NCBI GenBank assembly: GCA_000002435.2
Contig: CM018789.1
Strand: one strand, 5' to 3'
DNA: 64,000 bases
Source of the DNA: Giardia intestinalis
Lineage: Eukaryota
The notes below the pieces were generated by a model that was not told where the DNA came from, did not search any database, and saw only the letters and a list, made by a program, of their open reading frames with translations. How positions within the stretch are numbered: the stretch's first letter is position 1; every line of letters starts with the position of its first letter. The position numbers were made by a program, and so were the translations under genes. This document shows positions 40,001 through 50,700 of this stretch, one piece after another.

Positions 40001-40314
40001 CTCACCATACTAATAAGAGATTCGGAGCAATGCTGTTGATACTTCTTTAACTCCGGTCTAGGTAGCATCCTTATACACGTCTGCGGCACATAGTCATGCG
40101 TGCAGACGTATAATAATTGGTCAAGAACCCTTCTTTGATTCTCCTTAAACGAATTAAACTTGAATGTCAAGACCACTAACAGATTAGATTTAGGCAGAAC
40201 ACAGGCAGATGCAATTCTTTGATAAACTAGTTGCTCTGATGCTTGCCCCACACTTATGTTCAAGGGCGTGAAGATAGACGACAGAGGAAACTGACGGACG
40301 TTCGCTGAAAACAT
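37051..40314 (-). CDS. Hypothetical protein, 1087 aa
   Basis: Long ORF with verified ATG at 40312-40314 and no recognisable motifs. It is 14 bp convergent with the AK7-like gene. Confidence 0.55.
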   Translation of the reverse strand: MFSANVRQFPLSSIFTPLNISVGQASEQLVYQRIASACVLPKSNLLVVLTFKFNSFKENQRRVLDQLLYVCTHDYVPQTCIRMLPRPELKKYQQHCSESLISMVSSPDERYLVVYTSNLILFYELTIIQSRDPSSHPRTCKFLAHMSHEECTTVSGDKLFVDMFDNIVWSAIRPCVFVLAFNKREHIVFTVTLKEDQSAKDAYSVLVHDDVHKLASGLSALSIANITSTDLDSCVCCISSVNPLESKDGLINKIQSLLLIRASRPTTPQKEKLIVCGEVMYEDGDRRTPHFATNFIKCFEVDNGDTALTELYFSRLQYRNSIFEPVQSVFRFPTMHLSISPRSVVFPFGIYSIDKQIAKQSDTLRCFKKNLPVCRLVARSCFNAYSDTSKLSEIPLTIYTGYPIVATAISCVSFMLPSDNKLHHKFVSDSGVDLEAFLALPTVELVACADTRGYVHIYLVPLHHHRIFSAKLPLLAEKMTWTSTLGNTSDRARSVFTLYVIGVADIAGQETFSEEGKESATHTTRILKNVRTIYSIELPIVDIIRILSVKKATATIQHSVYEMSDDSSQHGVSMYTNKTTGFDMAQHSPELDPDKAMLSECVASDQDESEHVPSLHLPRTAYVKVSVKDEYSFYEFPSAEEPLSEDIRIGASNHTDRDQLWALLPEEEEIAEFFGDRSNELLEQTTNLLARSGDPQNGQADFKSTANPHIAVADTTIKDLNALPVLPTAHPAPNAFVKASPDLLTYPEETGLLNRLVLPQEEFTVTRLVPSDYFSPSLISSNTCPSTANLLLDGSPMDYLILSKDVFMLVLSNGTAHLICYSTASTLSIISTHSRLFNPHLLVPIACGESNMILSVRAKKDSGREFAIKETDSVSSSDCNSFILLKNRVTFEHHILLFRVVDTKIVITLQSTLDLQYSPEYVYLSDSSVQLALSNGSLFILHIQSFLASGTAASAQHMLHFTDVSGLVAPIFSILQTESVLLSKVLIQYVLGRVIAQGNILMSQLAPAPVTTLIDLSLHHAVLRSLLHKALDYGIFEFKTTRDNRLIKRLVFDLREAYKEAFIDVFVDISNNNADLAKELKKILYKS

Positions 40315-40365
40315 TTTTTAAGATTTATTAATTTTATTAATTTTTAGACGCGCATTGATAAGGAG

Positions 40366-41346
40366 CTAGATCGGTAAATCCACAATATATGGACTCGGAA
40401 CCTGGGCGGCTGAGAAATAGGTGATGAAAGATACTATCTCCGAGACCCTATCCACTTCAAGGATCATTTCTTTCGGCTCATTATGCACCAAAACAGTAAG
40501 ATTAATCTGACTATCGCCAGGAACCACCTTTATTAGCGCATCAAATGTGTATCCAGTGTTTTCAGATAGATCTGCATTTAAGAAAAGAATACCTCTGTGG
40601 TTGAGAAGTAGAATGGTGTCAGACTCCGGTGCCATTCGATCAAATTTGCGCACACTACCATGAAAGCATGCATATCCATACTGCTTGAGCGATGTCCCGA
40701 CAATATTAAAGTAGTGTTGGATGGCTTCATCCGGCGTTGGGGCTAGACCCTGTTCAATAATAGACGAAAACATGTGCTTGAACATTTTCTCCAAGCTCTT
40801 ATCATTGTATCTTACGAGGATATCACTGTTTATGAATCTTCCTGCAGAGGCTTGAACATATTTAGAGTAAAAATGTTTTTCCTTTATGTTGGGAATTGTC
40901 CCTGTTGTAATAATGTAATAAAATGCAGAGAAAAGTAATGAATATTCGTTGTTCACCCTCCAGATGTGTGTGATAATGGCTCTCTGCACTTGTTCCAGAA
41001 GAATCAGTCTGAACTTTTTATTTAGATGTTTAACCACTTCTGGCGTGGGGAAAATAGCAATTCGCAGAAAAATCGAGGGATTGCCGTGTAGAACAGAGTA
41101 GTAAGGCTGAGAGAGCGCTTCCATGCATTCGACAGAAGCTTTGGCTGTCCTTTTCAAGAGGACAAACGCGGGGGCGTAATCGTCAGGAATGTCCAGTTGT
41201 CGGCATAGGTCAGTAATTATATCAAATACTAAGCTGTTAGGACCAATCGAAGTATAAATAGGTCCGGTAATTGTGCCTACCCTCAAGGGAATAGTCATCA
41301 TTTTTTTTAGCTCTTTCAGTTGACAAACTATAGGCCTAACAGCCAT
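40366..41346 (-). CDS. Hypothetical protein, 326 aa
   Basis: ORF with verified ATG; no recognisable motifs. Confidence 0.5.
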   Translation of the reverse strand: MAVRPIVCQLKELKKMMTIPLRVGTITGPIYTSIGPNSLVFDIITDLCRQLDIPDDYAPAFVLLKRTAKASVECMEALSQPYYSVLHGNPSIFLRIAIFPTPEVVKHLNKKFRLILLEQVQRAIITHIWRVNNEYSLLFSAFYYIITTGTIPNIKEKHFYSKYVQASAGRFINSDILVRYNDKSLEKMFKHMFSSIIEQGLAPTPDEAIQHYFNIVGTSLKQYGYACFHGSVRKFDRMAPESDTILLLNHRGILFLNADLSENTGYTFDALIKVVPGDSQINLTVLVHNEPKEMILEVDRVSEIVSFITYFSAAQVPSPYIVDLPI

Positions 41347-41443
41347 CCTTCACCCTGTATGCGTAGCCCTTTGGACGTAGGGTGCCAAGGTGGTAACAAA
41401 ATCACTTCAAGACGATTTACTCTCCCATATTAGTGGAACACGG

Positions 41444-42604
41444 TCAGTAGAAGCCAATGCGCTTGCTGCCCACAGTCATATCCAGCGCATTATCTATTTG
41501 GTCGGCTTCTGGGTTGTCCCAGGCGGTGTTGACGCGCTCTGTGCCAGTTAAACAAACATCAGAGATGCCCATAAGGAGTCGCTTGAGCTGGGTGATAATC
41601 ATCTCTGCGCGTTCATGCTTTCTCTGGAGTAGATCTAGCTCATCACGCAGGATGTTGATGTCATCCGCCTTCTCCATTTGGGCCTGGTGATCGGTCTCCA
41701 TGGCGTTGCGAAGTATCTGGGTCTCCTCCTCTAGCTCATAGATTCTGCTCTTCAAGACTTCGTTTTCTTCATCTGCCCTTACAGCAGAAGTGTCAGACAC
41801 ACCCGACATCCCGCAGGCACGTAGCTTAGACTCCTTAACCTGTGACTCATGTATCTCAAGAACCTCATCATTTGCTGCAATGAGCTGCTCATTGAACTGA
41901 GCCAAGAGGGCGTCTTTCTCCTCTATCTCATTTTGGAGACGCTGTATCTCTTCCTCATGGATTCTCTTCATCGCTTTCTTTTCGGCTTCAAGGCGCTTCT
42001 GGTTAGCAAGGGAGTTTGCGAGCTCCTCTACAGAAAATTGCGCCGCCGTCGTTCTCTGCTCTATGGTAGTCTCATAAGCATGGATCTTCTTGTGCGCATT
42101 TTCTAGTTCTTCGCGGTACTGATCACACTGTGCACAGTGGTGCAATTTAGAAGACCCCAACGACGCTCTGTGGCTCGCTCTACCCTCCAGGATACTCTCT
42201 AGTTCCGCAATTCTGTCCAAGGCATTTGACAATTCCATGGCTAATGTTGCCCTGGCCTCCTCCGATTCTGCAATGCGCTGCTCAAGACGAGAAGAGGTTG
42301 CTAGCGCCTGAGATGCAAGGGCGTGATATTCACTGGATTTGGTTGCCAACTTTGCCTCTTGGCGGCTCAAAGACCTTCGGAGATGCGATTCTCGACGTTG
42401 TGCTGTAACCAGTTCGCCGTCAACAACGTTTCTGAGTTCTTCAGCGCTCGACTGTATAGAACGCGCAGCCGCTACGGCTTGCTCTGCAGCCAGGCGCGAG
42501 CGGTCGAGAGAATCATCGATGCGCTTCTGTTCCGTGACAAACTGCTCGTTATCGTTGTTCGAGGTCTCGGGGGAGTCCAAAGAAAGCAAGAGGTTGTCAC
42601 CCAT
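41444..42604 (-). CDS. Coiled-coil protein, about 387 aa. Start moved from the track's GTG at 42658 to the ATG at 42604
   Basis: Heptad-rich E/L/R/A sequence throughout; first in-frame ATG gives MGDNLLLSLDSPE.... Confidence 0.5.
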   Translation of the reverse strand: MGDNLLLSLDSPETSNNDNEQFVTEQKRIDDSLDRSRLAAEQAVAAARSIQSSAEELRNVVDGELVTAQRRESHLRRSLSRQEAKLATKSSEYHALASQALATSSRLEQRIAESEEARATLAMELSNALDRIAELESILEGRASHRASLGSSKLHHCAQCDQYREELENAHKKIHAYETTIEQRTTAAQFSVEELANSLANQKRLEAEKKAMKRIHEEEIQRLQNEIEEKDALLAQFNEQLIAANDEVLEIHESQVKESKLRACGMSGVSDTSAVRADEENEVLKSRIYELEEETQILRNAMETDHQAQMEKADDINILRDELDLLQRKHERAEMIITQLKRLLMGISDVCLTGTERVNTAWDNPEADQIDNALDMTVGSKRIGFY

Positions 42605-42677
42605 TTTTAAAAACACGCCTCGCCATTTTTTAGCTAACGCATTTTTGACAAAAAGCACAAATAGATTGGTTCACATA

Positions 42678-45600
42678 TTAGTCCTTCTTCCACTTAGAAA
42701 TGTCTGAGACCGTCCCAACGGCACCAATGGCATTGTATGCCTCGCGAGAGTTATCCGCTATGCTATTCGGACTAACAACTGTCGGGCTTGTTATCACTGG
42801 GCTGCGAACAGCACGCTCTAGAGCATCTAGCTTGCGTTTCAGAACATCGTTGTTTATGTTCATCCCATTCACCTTGTCCTTCTCATTGGCCAGGCTAACC
42901 TCCAAGTCTCTGAGCTTGCTGGTAAGATCAACTATCTGAGATTTGCTGAGGCTGTCATCGGGAAGCGACATTGAGCTTGTTCCGTATTTTTCGTTTAGAC
43001 TCTTGAGGTGTTCCGAATAGGAAGCATTGAGATCATCAAGATCAGTTATTGCCTGAGACATTTCAACGACCGCGCGACGCTTCTTGACGTCTGAGTTGAT
43101 CATCTCCGCCATTAAACGCTTGTTATCCTCCTCAAGCTCGCGAACCTTGCGAGACAGATCATCAATAGATGAAACATCGGCGAGGAAGACTGCCGAGTCT
43201 GGATTGGCAATGCCGTTTTCATCGCAAAACTTTCGGAGCTTAGTATGGAGGATGTCACGCTCCTTGATCGCCGTGTTGTACTGAACCTTGAGCTTTTCGC
43301 ATTCGTTTTCTGCATCCTGAAGACGCTTTATTGTTGCCGTGATATCACTTGGAATCCTCGCCAGTTCTTCATTTTTCTTGGAAAGCTCGTCCTTTAAAGC
43401 CGCAAGACTGCTCTCCAATTCGCTTACTTGATCGCGCAACGACTGGACAGCCTTAGCATCGGCGCTACCACCAGCTAGAGATTCCTCAAGAGACTTTCGC
43501 AGATTCTCTACCTCAAGTTCTTTGACCCGGAGCTTCTCAAGGAGAAGCTTATCATGCTGGGATGCGTCGACAGCATCCTCCTTTAGGCGCTGGATCTGGT
43601 CTTCACTATTTGCAAGCGCGGCTTGCATATCCGCGATGATCTTGCGAAGCTTGTTGTTCTCATCTTCCCTGATTCCCTGCTTCTCAAGAGAGTCTTGGAG
43701 CAGCACGCGCAGGCGCTCAATTTCGAGATCCTTATTCTTGAGAAGAGACTTATATTCGTTGGTTTGCTGTCTCACGCTTATGAGGTCCTTCGGAAGTGCG
43801 TCGCGGTTCTTGACAATCTCAGCCAGATCTCTCTGATGAGCCTCAGCCTCATTCAAAAGCCTAGCATATTCTTCCGGACTTTTGGTTGGTTGATCAATCA
43901 GCTTAAGCTCTCTCTGGAGGCGAACGATGTCATCGGTAAGAGAAGCAAGGAGAGCCTCCTTGCGAGCACGCTCCTCCGGTGTCATCTCTGTCTCTGGGTC
44001 AGAAAGCGCAGTCTCAGCCTCTTTATGTTGCTCCCTGAGCTTCGCCAGTAGTCCATACTTTTTATAAAGTTCAACCTCGTCAGGCGAGAGACCGTCAAAG
44101 TGCTTTTTGAGTCTAGAATTCTCATCTTCCAAAGCTCTGTAATGATCCTCACGTGTGCTGTTAGCATCCGTACGAAGGCTTTCGATCATGGCCTCACGCT
44201 CACGGAGTGCTTGGCGCATGGTATCAAGCTCCTCTCGCTTTTCAATCACATCTGCCTTGAGCTGTTCAAGATCCTTGCCCATAGCGGAGATCAGCTCGTC
44301 TTTCTTCTTGGTCTCTGCATTGCCATCATCGAGTTTCTTCTTTAGAGCTGCCACCTCCAGTTCATGCTTCTTCAATAAATCGCCGTGCAGTTCATCCATG
44401 GCATGGGCGCCAGCTTCACTGGTTGAAAGTACAGAGTTAGCTGTCGAGTTGGTGAGCGCATCCCGCAGGCTCTTCTCCACGCCACTCTTTGCGATAGACG
44501 CCTCCCTCAGGTGAGTAAATGAACGTTCTTGGTGCATAATCGCTTCGGCAAGGCGCTCCACCTCTTCTTCACGCAAGTCAAGATCCTCCTTCAGCATTTC
44601 AACCTCCATCTCCAGCTCTGCGATACGAAGAATAAGTTCTGCATTAGATCCTTGGTTGGCGTTGCTGATCTTCTTGAGAACTTCCTCGTCATCTCCAACC
44701 TCTGCTTCAACGGGTCGTTCACTGGCCACAATGTCTCCAGAATCTGCAAAAGCCAACTTATCCTTAAGCTCCTCTATTATATCATCTTTGTCTAAGAGCT
44801 CTTTGTTCAGGTCCTTTATTTCCTGAGTCTTTTCAATGACGTGTGCCTTAAGGACATCAATATCCGAGCGTAATGCATTAATCAAATCATCATTAGCGGG
44901 TGCAGCCTCTGCAAACGTAGCAGGCACAGTACCTTGCGTAGCAAGTTGCTCTTTGGTCTTAAAAAGTTCCTCCTTAAGGTCGTTCAGCTCCTCCTCTGTA
45001 GTTCGAAGCTGCTGCTTGAGAGCTGCTTGATCAGCTGTGGAATCATTGCTGCGCAGCCTCTCTATCTCAGCTTCCTTCTCCTTAATCATATTTTGGAGGA
45101 ACATATTATGTGTATTGAGGGCCTCCTTGTCCTTCTCCAAGGCATGGATCCGGCCAGAACCGTCATCGGGCAAATACTTCACCTCATTCAAAGCATCGTC
45201 CAACTTCTGTTGCAGATCATCCAGTTCTCTGTCCTTGTCGCGAATAATATCCTCAAGCTTTACAATAGTGCTCCTAAGGACATTGATGTCCTGAATCTCT
45301 CCTTCGTACATGGCCACGCTCGTGGTGGAGGCTTCCACTGCATCTCCGGTCTTGTTGAGCCGAAGATTGAGTTGCTGGATGGCATCATCACGGGCCTCAA
45401 CAAGCCTCTCAAGGGCGGAGATTCTCTTTACATAAGTCTCTACCTCCTCACGAAGTCTTCGAGTATCCTCACCGTCTGTAAAAGGCTGAGCATTTTGAGC
45501 TGCCTGAAGTGCACGAGTCAGATCTATGACATCCTTTTCCTTCTGAGCGAGCTTTTCCTCGAGGTCCTGGACTGTTGCCTCAAGTGTTCTAAGTCTGTCG

Positions 45601-47540
45601 TCCTCTTCGTAATCAACGAGACCTCGGAGCTTGTCTGCTTCGTCACGTTTGTTTCTGAGCTCTCTCTTGAGTGCATCCACCTCTGCAAGGAGATCCACTT
45701 CGCGCGTGGAGTCCACCACCTGACCTTGCGCGGACAATAAGCTACGGAGCTCCGATATCTGTTCTTCCCTCGCACGGAGTTCTGCACGAAGGTTCTTTAC
45801 TTGAGCCGAGTCATCATCTCTCACCTCAGCAAGCACCCTATTAAGTTCCTCTAGGAGCCTGTTGTATTCCGTTTCGCTTTCAGCAAGCTTTCTGTCCATA
45901 TTTGCTATCTCAATGCCTCTAGAGATAACCAGGGCTCGAAGCCTATCGAGCTCTTCTCTCAAAGCGTCCTCTGCACTGCCACTCTCGGCAACTTTAGCAA
46001 GCATGCTTCGGAGACTCTCATTTTCAGTTCTAAGAGCATCCGCCTCTGCGGCGTCGCAAGCAGCGTGCAGGGCGTCCTGGAGACGGGCAATCTCTGCCTC
46101 CTGGGCTTTAACAGTCTTCTTGAGTTCGTCAATCTCACGTTCCCTCTCAGCAAGGTCTCTACGTAACTGCTCCTCAACTTCCCTAGATGGCGTCGTGCTG
46201 TTAAGAATCTCTAGCTGCTCTTCACTCTCCTTAAGTCGCTCCTTAGTGCGCGCAAGCTCCTCCTCTAATTCTGCAACACGCCGGCTGTTTTCCTGTTCAG
46301 ATGTATTCAAAAGACTACGGAGTTGGACTATCTCCTCATCGCGCTTAGCATACTCGGCAATCGTTGCCTCCTGCTCTTTAGCGTTTGTCACGAGCTCCCT
46401 AAGGCGCTCATTCTCACTCTCTAGATCCCTAACTCGCGTATCAGCGTCTTTCACCACTTTTTCACGGAGACTGTTGAGTTCGGCCTGTGCGGCAGCCAGA
46501 TCTGCTTCTAACTTCTGAACCGTGGCATCCTTAAGAGTTGCTGAGGATGATAAGCCTGACAGCTCAAGATTATTGCGCATGCTCTCGTTGGTGTTCGCAA
46601 GACGCGAGGTGTCTCGAAGAGCAGACGAAGTCGCCATACTATCCTCTACCGTCGCATGGAGAGAGTCTATCTTCTCCTTGTACTCACTGAGCGTCTGCTT
46701 GAGGCGCTTTATCTGGTCTTGAAGAGCGACATTATCGCTGTAAATAGAGGAGGACTCCTCATGCAACGTGACCAGCTTCTGCTCCAGAGCGAGGATTTTG
46801 GCTTCGAGGTCTTTTTCAAGCTGCGTCTTGGAAGCGTTACTAAACACAGGCCCGCCCGGTGAAGTTGCATTACGAAACATGTCAATGGCTTGCAGGCTAG
46901 AGGCAAGATCGCCACCTATCTGTATACTCCCATTCAGGCTCATATTTGACAGGTTCTGTAGGGACTGAGACGTGATTCCAGGAAGCGTATTAGACTCAAA
47001 TTGCCTAAGATAGTTTGCGACGTCAGCATACCCTGCATTTGCAGCAAGAATTAGCGCTGTTTCGTTATTGTGAGACACTATCTCTCTCTCCCTAATAGCC
47101 AGATACTTCACGACGTCGAGGTGCCCCGCCTCCGCCGCATACATCAAGGCAGTTCGGCCACGATTATCCTGTATGGTCTTCTGATATGGCAAAAGATAGA
47201 TTATAGCGTCCATGCAACTGTGCTTTGCAGCCAGCATCAAGGGGGTTCGCCCCTCTGGATCTCTACTAGCCATCTCGTATGATATCAGACGCTTACAGAT
47301 TTCGCCCTGATTAGAGAGTGCTGCCATCATTATTGCCGTCTGTCCATCGGAGTCCGTCATTGAGTGTTCTGTATAAGCAAGAATCTTGACCATATCGACG
47401 TCGCGGTTAGCCACTGCATGCATTAGCCCTGTGCGCCCATCTTTATCCGTGGACCGACCATATTTCTGCAGATTGCTTTTGACAAGCTCGTGGCTTCTGC
47501 CATCTATGGCTGCAAACCAGTCATCCTTGGACTCAAGCAT
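42678..47540 (-). CDS. Ankyrin-repeat N-terminus plus >1300-aa coiled coil (GASP-180-like / Protein 21.1 family), 1620 aa
   Basis: N-terminal DDWFAAIDGRSHELV and five ANK repeats (GRTGLMHAVANRDVDMVKIL, GQTAIMMAALSNQGEICKRL, ...). The remainder is a continuous coiled coil rich in E, L, K and R. It is the first of three tandem paralogues on the minus strand. Confidence 0.8.
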   Translation of the reverse strand: MLESKDDWFAAIDGRSHELVKSNLQKYGRSTDKDGRTGLMHAVANRDVDMVKILAYTEHSMTDSDGQTAIMMAALSNQGEICKRLISYEMASRDPEGRTPLMLAAKHSCMDAIIYLLPYQKTIQDNRGRTALMYAAEAGHLDVVKYLAIREREIVSHNNETALILAANAGYADVANYLRQFESNTLPGITSQSLQNLSNMSLNGSIQIGGDLASSLQAIDMFRNATSPGGPVFSNASKTQLEKDLEAKILALEQKLVTLHEESSSIYSDNVALQDQIKRLKQTLSEYKEKIDSLHATVEDSMATSSALRDTSRLANTNESMRNNLELSGLSSSATLKDATVQKLEADLAAAQAELNSLREKVVKDADTRVRDLESENERLRELVTNAKEQEATIAEYAKRDEEIVQLRSLLNTSEQENSRRVAELEEELARTKERLKESEEQLEILNSTTPSREVEEQLRRDLAEREREIDELKKTVKAQEAEIARLQDALHAACDAAEADALRTENESLRSMLAKVAESGSAEDALREELDRLRALVISRGIEIANMDRKLAESETEYNRLLEELNRVLAEVRDDDSAQVKNLRAELRAREEQISELRSLLSAQGQVVDSTREVDLLAEVDALKRELRNKRDEADKLRGLVDYEEDDRLRTLEATVQDLEEKLAQKEKDVIDLTRALQAAQNAQPFTDGEDTRRLREEVETYVKRISALERLVEARDDAIQQLNLRLNKTGDAVEASTTSVAMYEGEIQDINVLRSTIVKLEDIIRDKDRELDDLQQKLDDALNEVKYLPDDGSGRIHALEKDKEALNTHNMFLQNMIKEKEAEIERLRSNDSTADQAALKQQLRTTEEELNDLKEELFKTKEQLATQGTVPATFAEAAPANDDLINALRSDIDVLKAHVIEKTQEIKDLNKELLDKDDIIEELKDKLAFADSGDIVASERPVEAEVGDDEEVLKKISNANQGSNAELILRIAELEMEVEMLKEDLDLREEEVERLAEAIMHQERSFTHLREASIAKSGVEKSLRDALTNSTANSVLSTSEAGAHAMDELHGDLLKKHELEVAALKKKLDDGNAETKKKDELISAMGKDLEQLKADVIEKREELDTMRQALREREAMIESLRTDANSTREDHYRALEDENSRLKKHFDGLSPDEVELYKKYGLLAKLREQHKEAETALSDPETEMTPEERARKEALLASLTDDIVRLQRELKLIDQPTKSPEEYARLLNEAEAHQRDLAEIVKNRDALPKDLISVRQQTNEYKSLLKNKDLEIERLRVLLQDSLEKQGIREDENNKLRKIIADMQAALANSEDQIQRLKEDAVDASQHDKLLLEKLRVKELEVENLRKSLEESLAGGSADAKAVQSLRDQVSELESSLAALKDELSKKNEELARIPSDITATIKRLQDAENECEKLKVQYNTAIKERDILHTKLRKFCDENGIANPDSAVFLADVSSIDDLSRKVRELEEDNKRLMAEMINSDVKKRRAVVEMSQAITDLDDLNASYSEHLKSLNEKYGTSSMSLPDDSLSKSQIVDLTSKLRDLEVSLANEKDKVNGMNINNDVLKRKLDALERAVRSPVITSPTVVSPNSIADNSREAYNAIGAVGTVSDISKWKKD

Positions 47541-47715
47541 TCAGCACTGGCCCGTTTTATAAATTAAAATGACTTTAATGAATATTTTATGGATAGGCGG
47601 AAAAAGCATTTTTTTGATTTTCCGCAAGCGCCAGAAGGTGCAACCGGGGTGTATCCAAGCTTCAGAGTTCGTTTATTTACAAACAAAGTGGTAATAAGCC
47701 AACTACACAAAACAA

Positions 47716-50700
47716 TTAATGAATAACGGTTTGTAAGAATTGAGCACCAAACACCATACTTGCACCAACACACATTCCAGCAACAAAATTGATGCATCGG
47801 TCTGCTCTTTCCATGACGTCATCGGACTCGTTGACGCTTCGTGGTTTCTCCACATGATCAGAATACTCACTAGCAATCTTATCTGGGATTCTCTGAGATA
47901 ATTTGAGTGTCTCTGCCTGCTGGCGCTCAATCGCAAGCTCCTTAACTTTATCCTCTATCTGCCTTTTGAGGTCCTCCTTCACAGCATTGAGCTGGGAGTT
48001 CTCGGTTCTCAGCCCCTCCAGCTCCCTTGTTAGAGACGTGATAAGTTCTTCAGACTGAGCGCCCGCGGCAATCTGTTTGTTAAGTTGTTGATTTTCAGCT
48101 CGTAACTTCTCAATAACTTCACCGGTAGCTGAGAGCCTGTCCTGAAGAGAGGAAAGCTCCGCCTCCAACGGAGAAATTTGTGCGCCCAAGTTCTCTATAC
48201 GCTGCAGAGCGTCGGTTAGCTCACGTTCCTTCGCGTCTGCACGTTCATTGGCGTCCTTGAGCGCCTGCTCTAAATCAGAGATTCTAACATCGTCTGTGCC
48301 AGTTGCCAAAGAGGGCTCCTCCAAAACAGGAGCAGCAGGCAGAGGTAAATTCTTGGCAGAGCTGGTCTTCATGGCGTTAATTTGATCGTTGAGGATATTC
48401 TTTTCAGTCATTAGCGCCGTAATCTTATTGTTGAGCTTCTTAATGCGTCTTCTTTCAGAATCAAGCAACTCTCGAAGCTCATCCAATGACAGCTCACCTA
48501 GATTCTGGGTACTCCTAGAAGTAGACCTAGCTAGGCTTGGTATCGATGAGAGATCAGGATTAGAAGAGGCACTCTCAATCGTTTTCTCTTCCAGTTCAGC
48601 TTTCAATAAATCTATCTTTGAATTAGCCTCTTCTAATTCTAGGCACTTAGAGCTCAATTGATCCTTAAGGGTTGAAAGTTCATCATTCAACCTCGAAATA
48701 TCTGCGTCAGATGTTGATACTTGTGCATTGATAGCGTCCAGTGACTGCTCCAGATCAATAATAGTTTTGTTGAGTTTAGAAACCTCGTCACGTAGGCTAT
48801 CTCTTTCGGCTGTAACATGAGCCAAATCCTTTCGCAATTCCTCAGTGTCAACATCAGATTTCTTGTCTACTGTACTATCATCAATAAGACGACGTAACTC
48901 ATCAATCTCAGCAGTGCGCGCTTCTAACTCTGCAGTAAGGTCTTGAACTTGTGAGTCAGGGACCTCCTCCTCCAGTGCGCGAATGCGGGCCCTCGCCCCG
49001 GCGCACTCCTGCTCCAGGTCCTGGACGTCCTGGTCGCGCGCCGCAAGCCTGTCGCGGAGCTTGGCTATCTCCTTTTCGTGGCGGGCCGCCTCTTCCTTCA
49101 TGCGCTCCAGCAGGAACGACGAGTCGCCCAGCTCGCCCACGGTCCTCTGGAGGTCTGCGATCTCCTGGGTCTTGAATGCAGCCTCCTTCTGGAGAGCAGA
49201 GAGGCGCTCTTCGAGGGCGTAGACGCGCGCGTCGTCTCCGCTCGGGGCGCCCGACACAGATGCGCGCAAGTCGTCGTTGGCACTAGTCAGGCCGTCGATC
49301 TCTCTTTGGAGGGCGTGGATCTCGTGCGCCTGGAGGCGGTTGACGTTGTGGAGGTTCTTGACCTCGGCCTCGAAGAGGGCGACCTCCTCCTCGTGCTCTG
49401 CGCGATCAACAGTTGTCTCCGCAAGTAGCTTGATATCTCTTTCAAGATCTGCAACACGTTTGCAAAGTAGCTGACGCTCGTTTTCTAGAATGGTTCCGTC
49501 ACTAGGCAAAATAGTTGCGTTGCCTGATGGTTCTAGTGTAATCAGAGGAATCACATTATCTTCAGCGGCTTGATCACGTAGTTGTTGCAGTTCTAGTTCC
49601 CTAAGTTGAAGATTATCTTCTAACTCGGTAATACGTTTTAAGGAATCATCATTCGGATCCATAGGCTGACGAGCCTTGATATCCTCAATTTGTAATTCTA
49701 AATCTTTCAAATCTCTCCTTTTGTCCTTAATTTCATCATCCAATACCTGGATCAGTGCGCGGCGATTCTCCAAAGTTTCTTCTAAGTCCTGGGCTGATGG
49801 CAGTATCGAGCTCTCAATGTGGGCCTTCAATTCGGAAATTTCACCTCTAAGAAGAGCAATATCCTCATCTTTTCTTTGAAGAGTAAGCTGCATAGCAGTT
49901 AATTTTTCATTCAAAGAAGGACTATTGTTAGACAGTAAATCATCTAATTGATGTTGTAATGATGCTACCTCATCGCTCTTCAGCTTTAGCTGAGCCGAAT
50001 AATACTCATTAGACTGTATAAGCATTTGAATATCAGTCTCAGAATCCGCTGGTTGTTTGGTCGACGGTGAGAAATCACCTGCAGTGAACGAGTTCAATTG
50101 ACGTTCATATAGATCACATTTATTCTGTGATTCTTCTAAGGCTTCTGCAACACATGCTAATTCAAATTGGAGCTTGGCAATGTGATCCTCTAAAGAAGTA
50201 ATGAAATTGGATTGCTCAGCGGACAAAGAATCACGAGGTTCTTTTTCTTCAGAGAGAGATTTATCGTTAGAAATGTTGCTATTTAATTTGTCCTGCAGAT
50301 GTGCAACAGCGTCTTCCAGAGTCCGAATGCGAAGTTTCGCCTCAATGTTTTCTTGTTCCAACTCTTGGAAGTCTTGACTATGAGTAGTATCACGAGTAGA
50401 CCCGTCCTGTACGCTCTCCTGCAATTCCAGCAACCTATGATTAGCTTCATCAAGTTGTGCTCTAGTTTCTTTCAGTTTTTCCTCCAAAATCGCTATAGGA
50501 TAATCATCTTCTTTAGTGTCAAGTAAATCACGTAAACGATCAGCTTCCTCGCGTAGTCTTTCATTTTGGTCTTTTAGCGCATCTAGATCCCCCGTTTGTT
50601 TAAGTGAATTTATAGTAAGCAAGGCATTATCGAGAGTATACTCTAATTCAGCCTTCTCTGTTTTGAGACATTCAAGTTGATTCTTCAATTCTAAAAATTC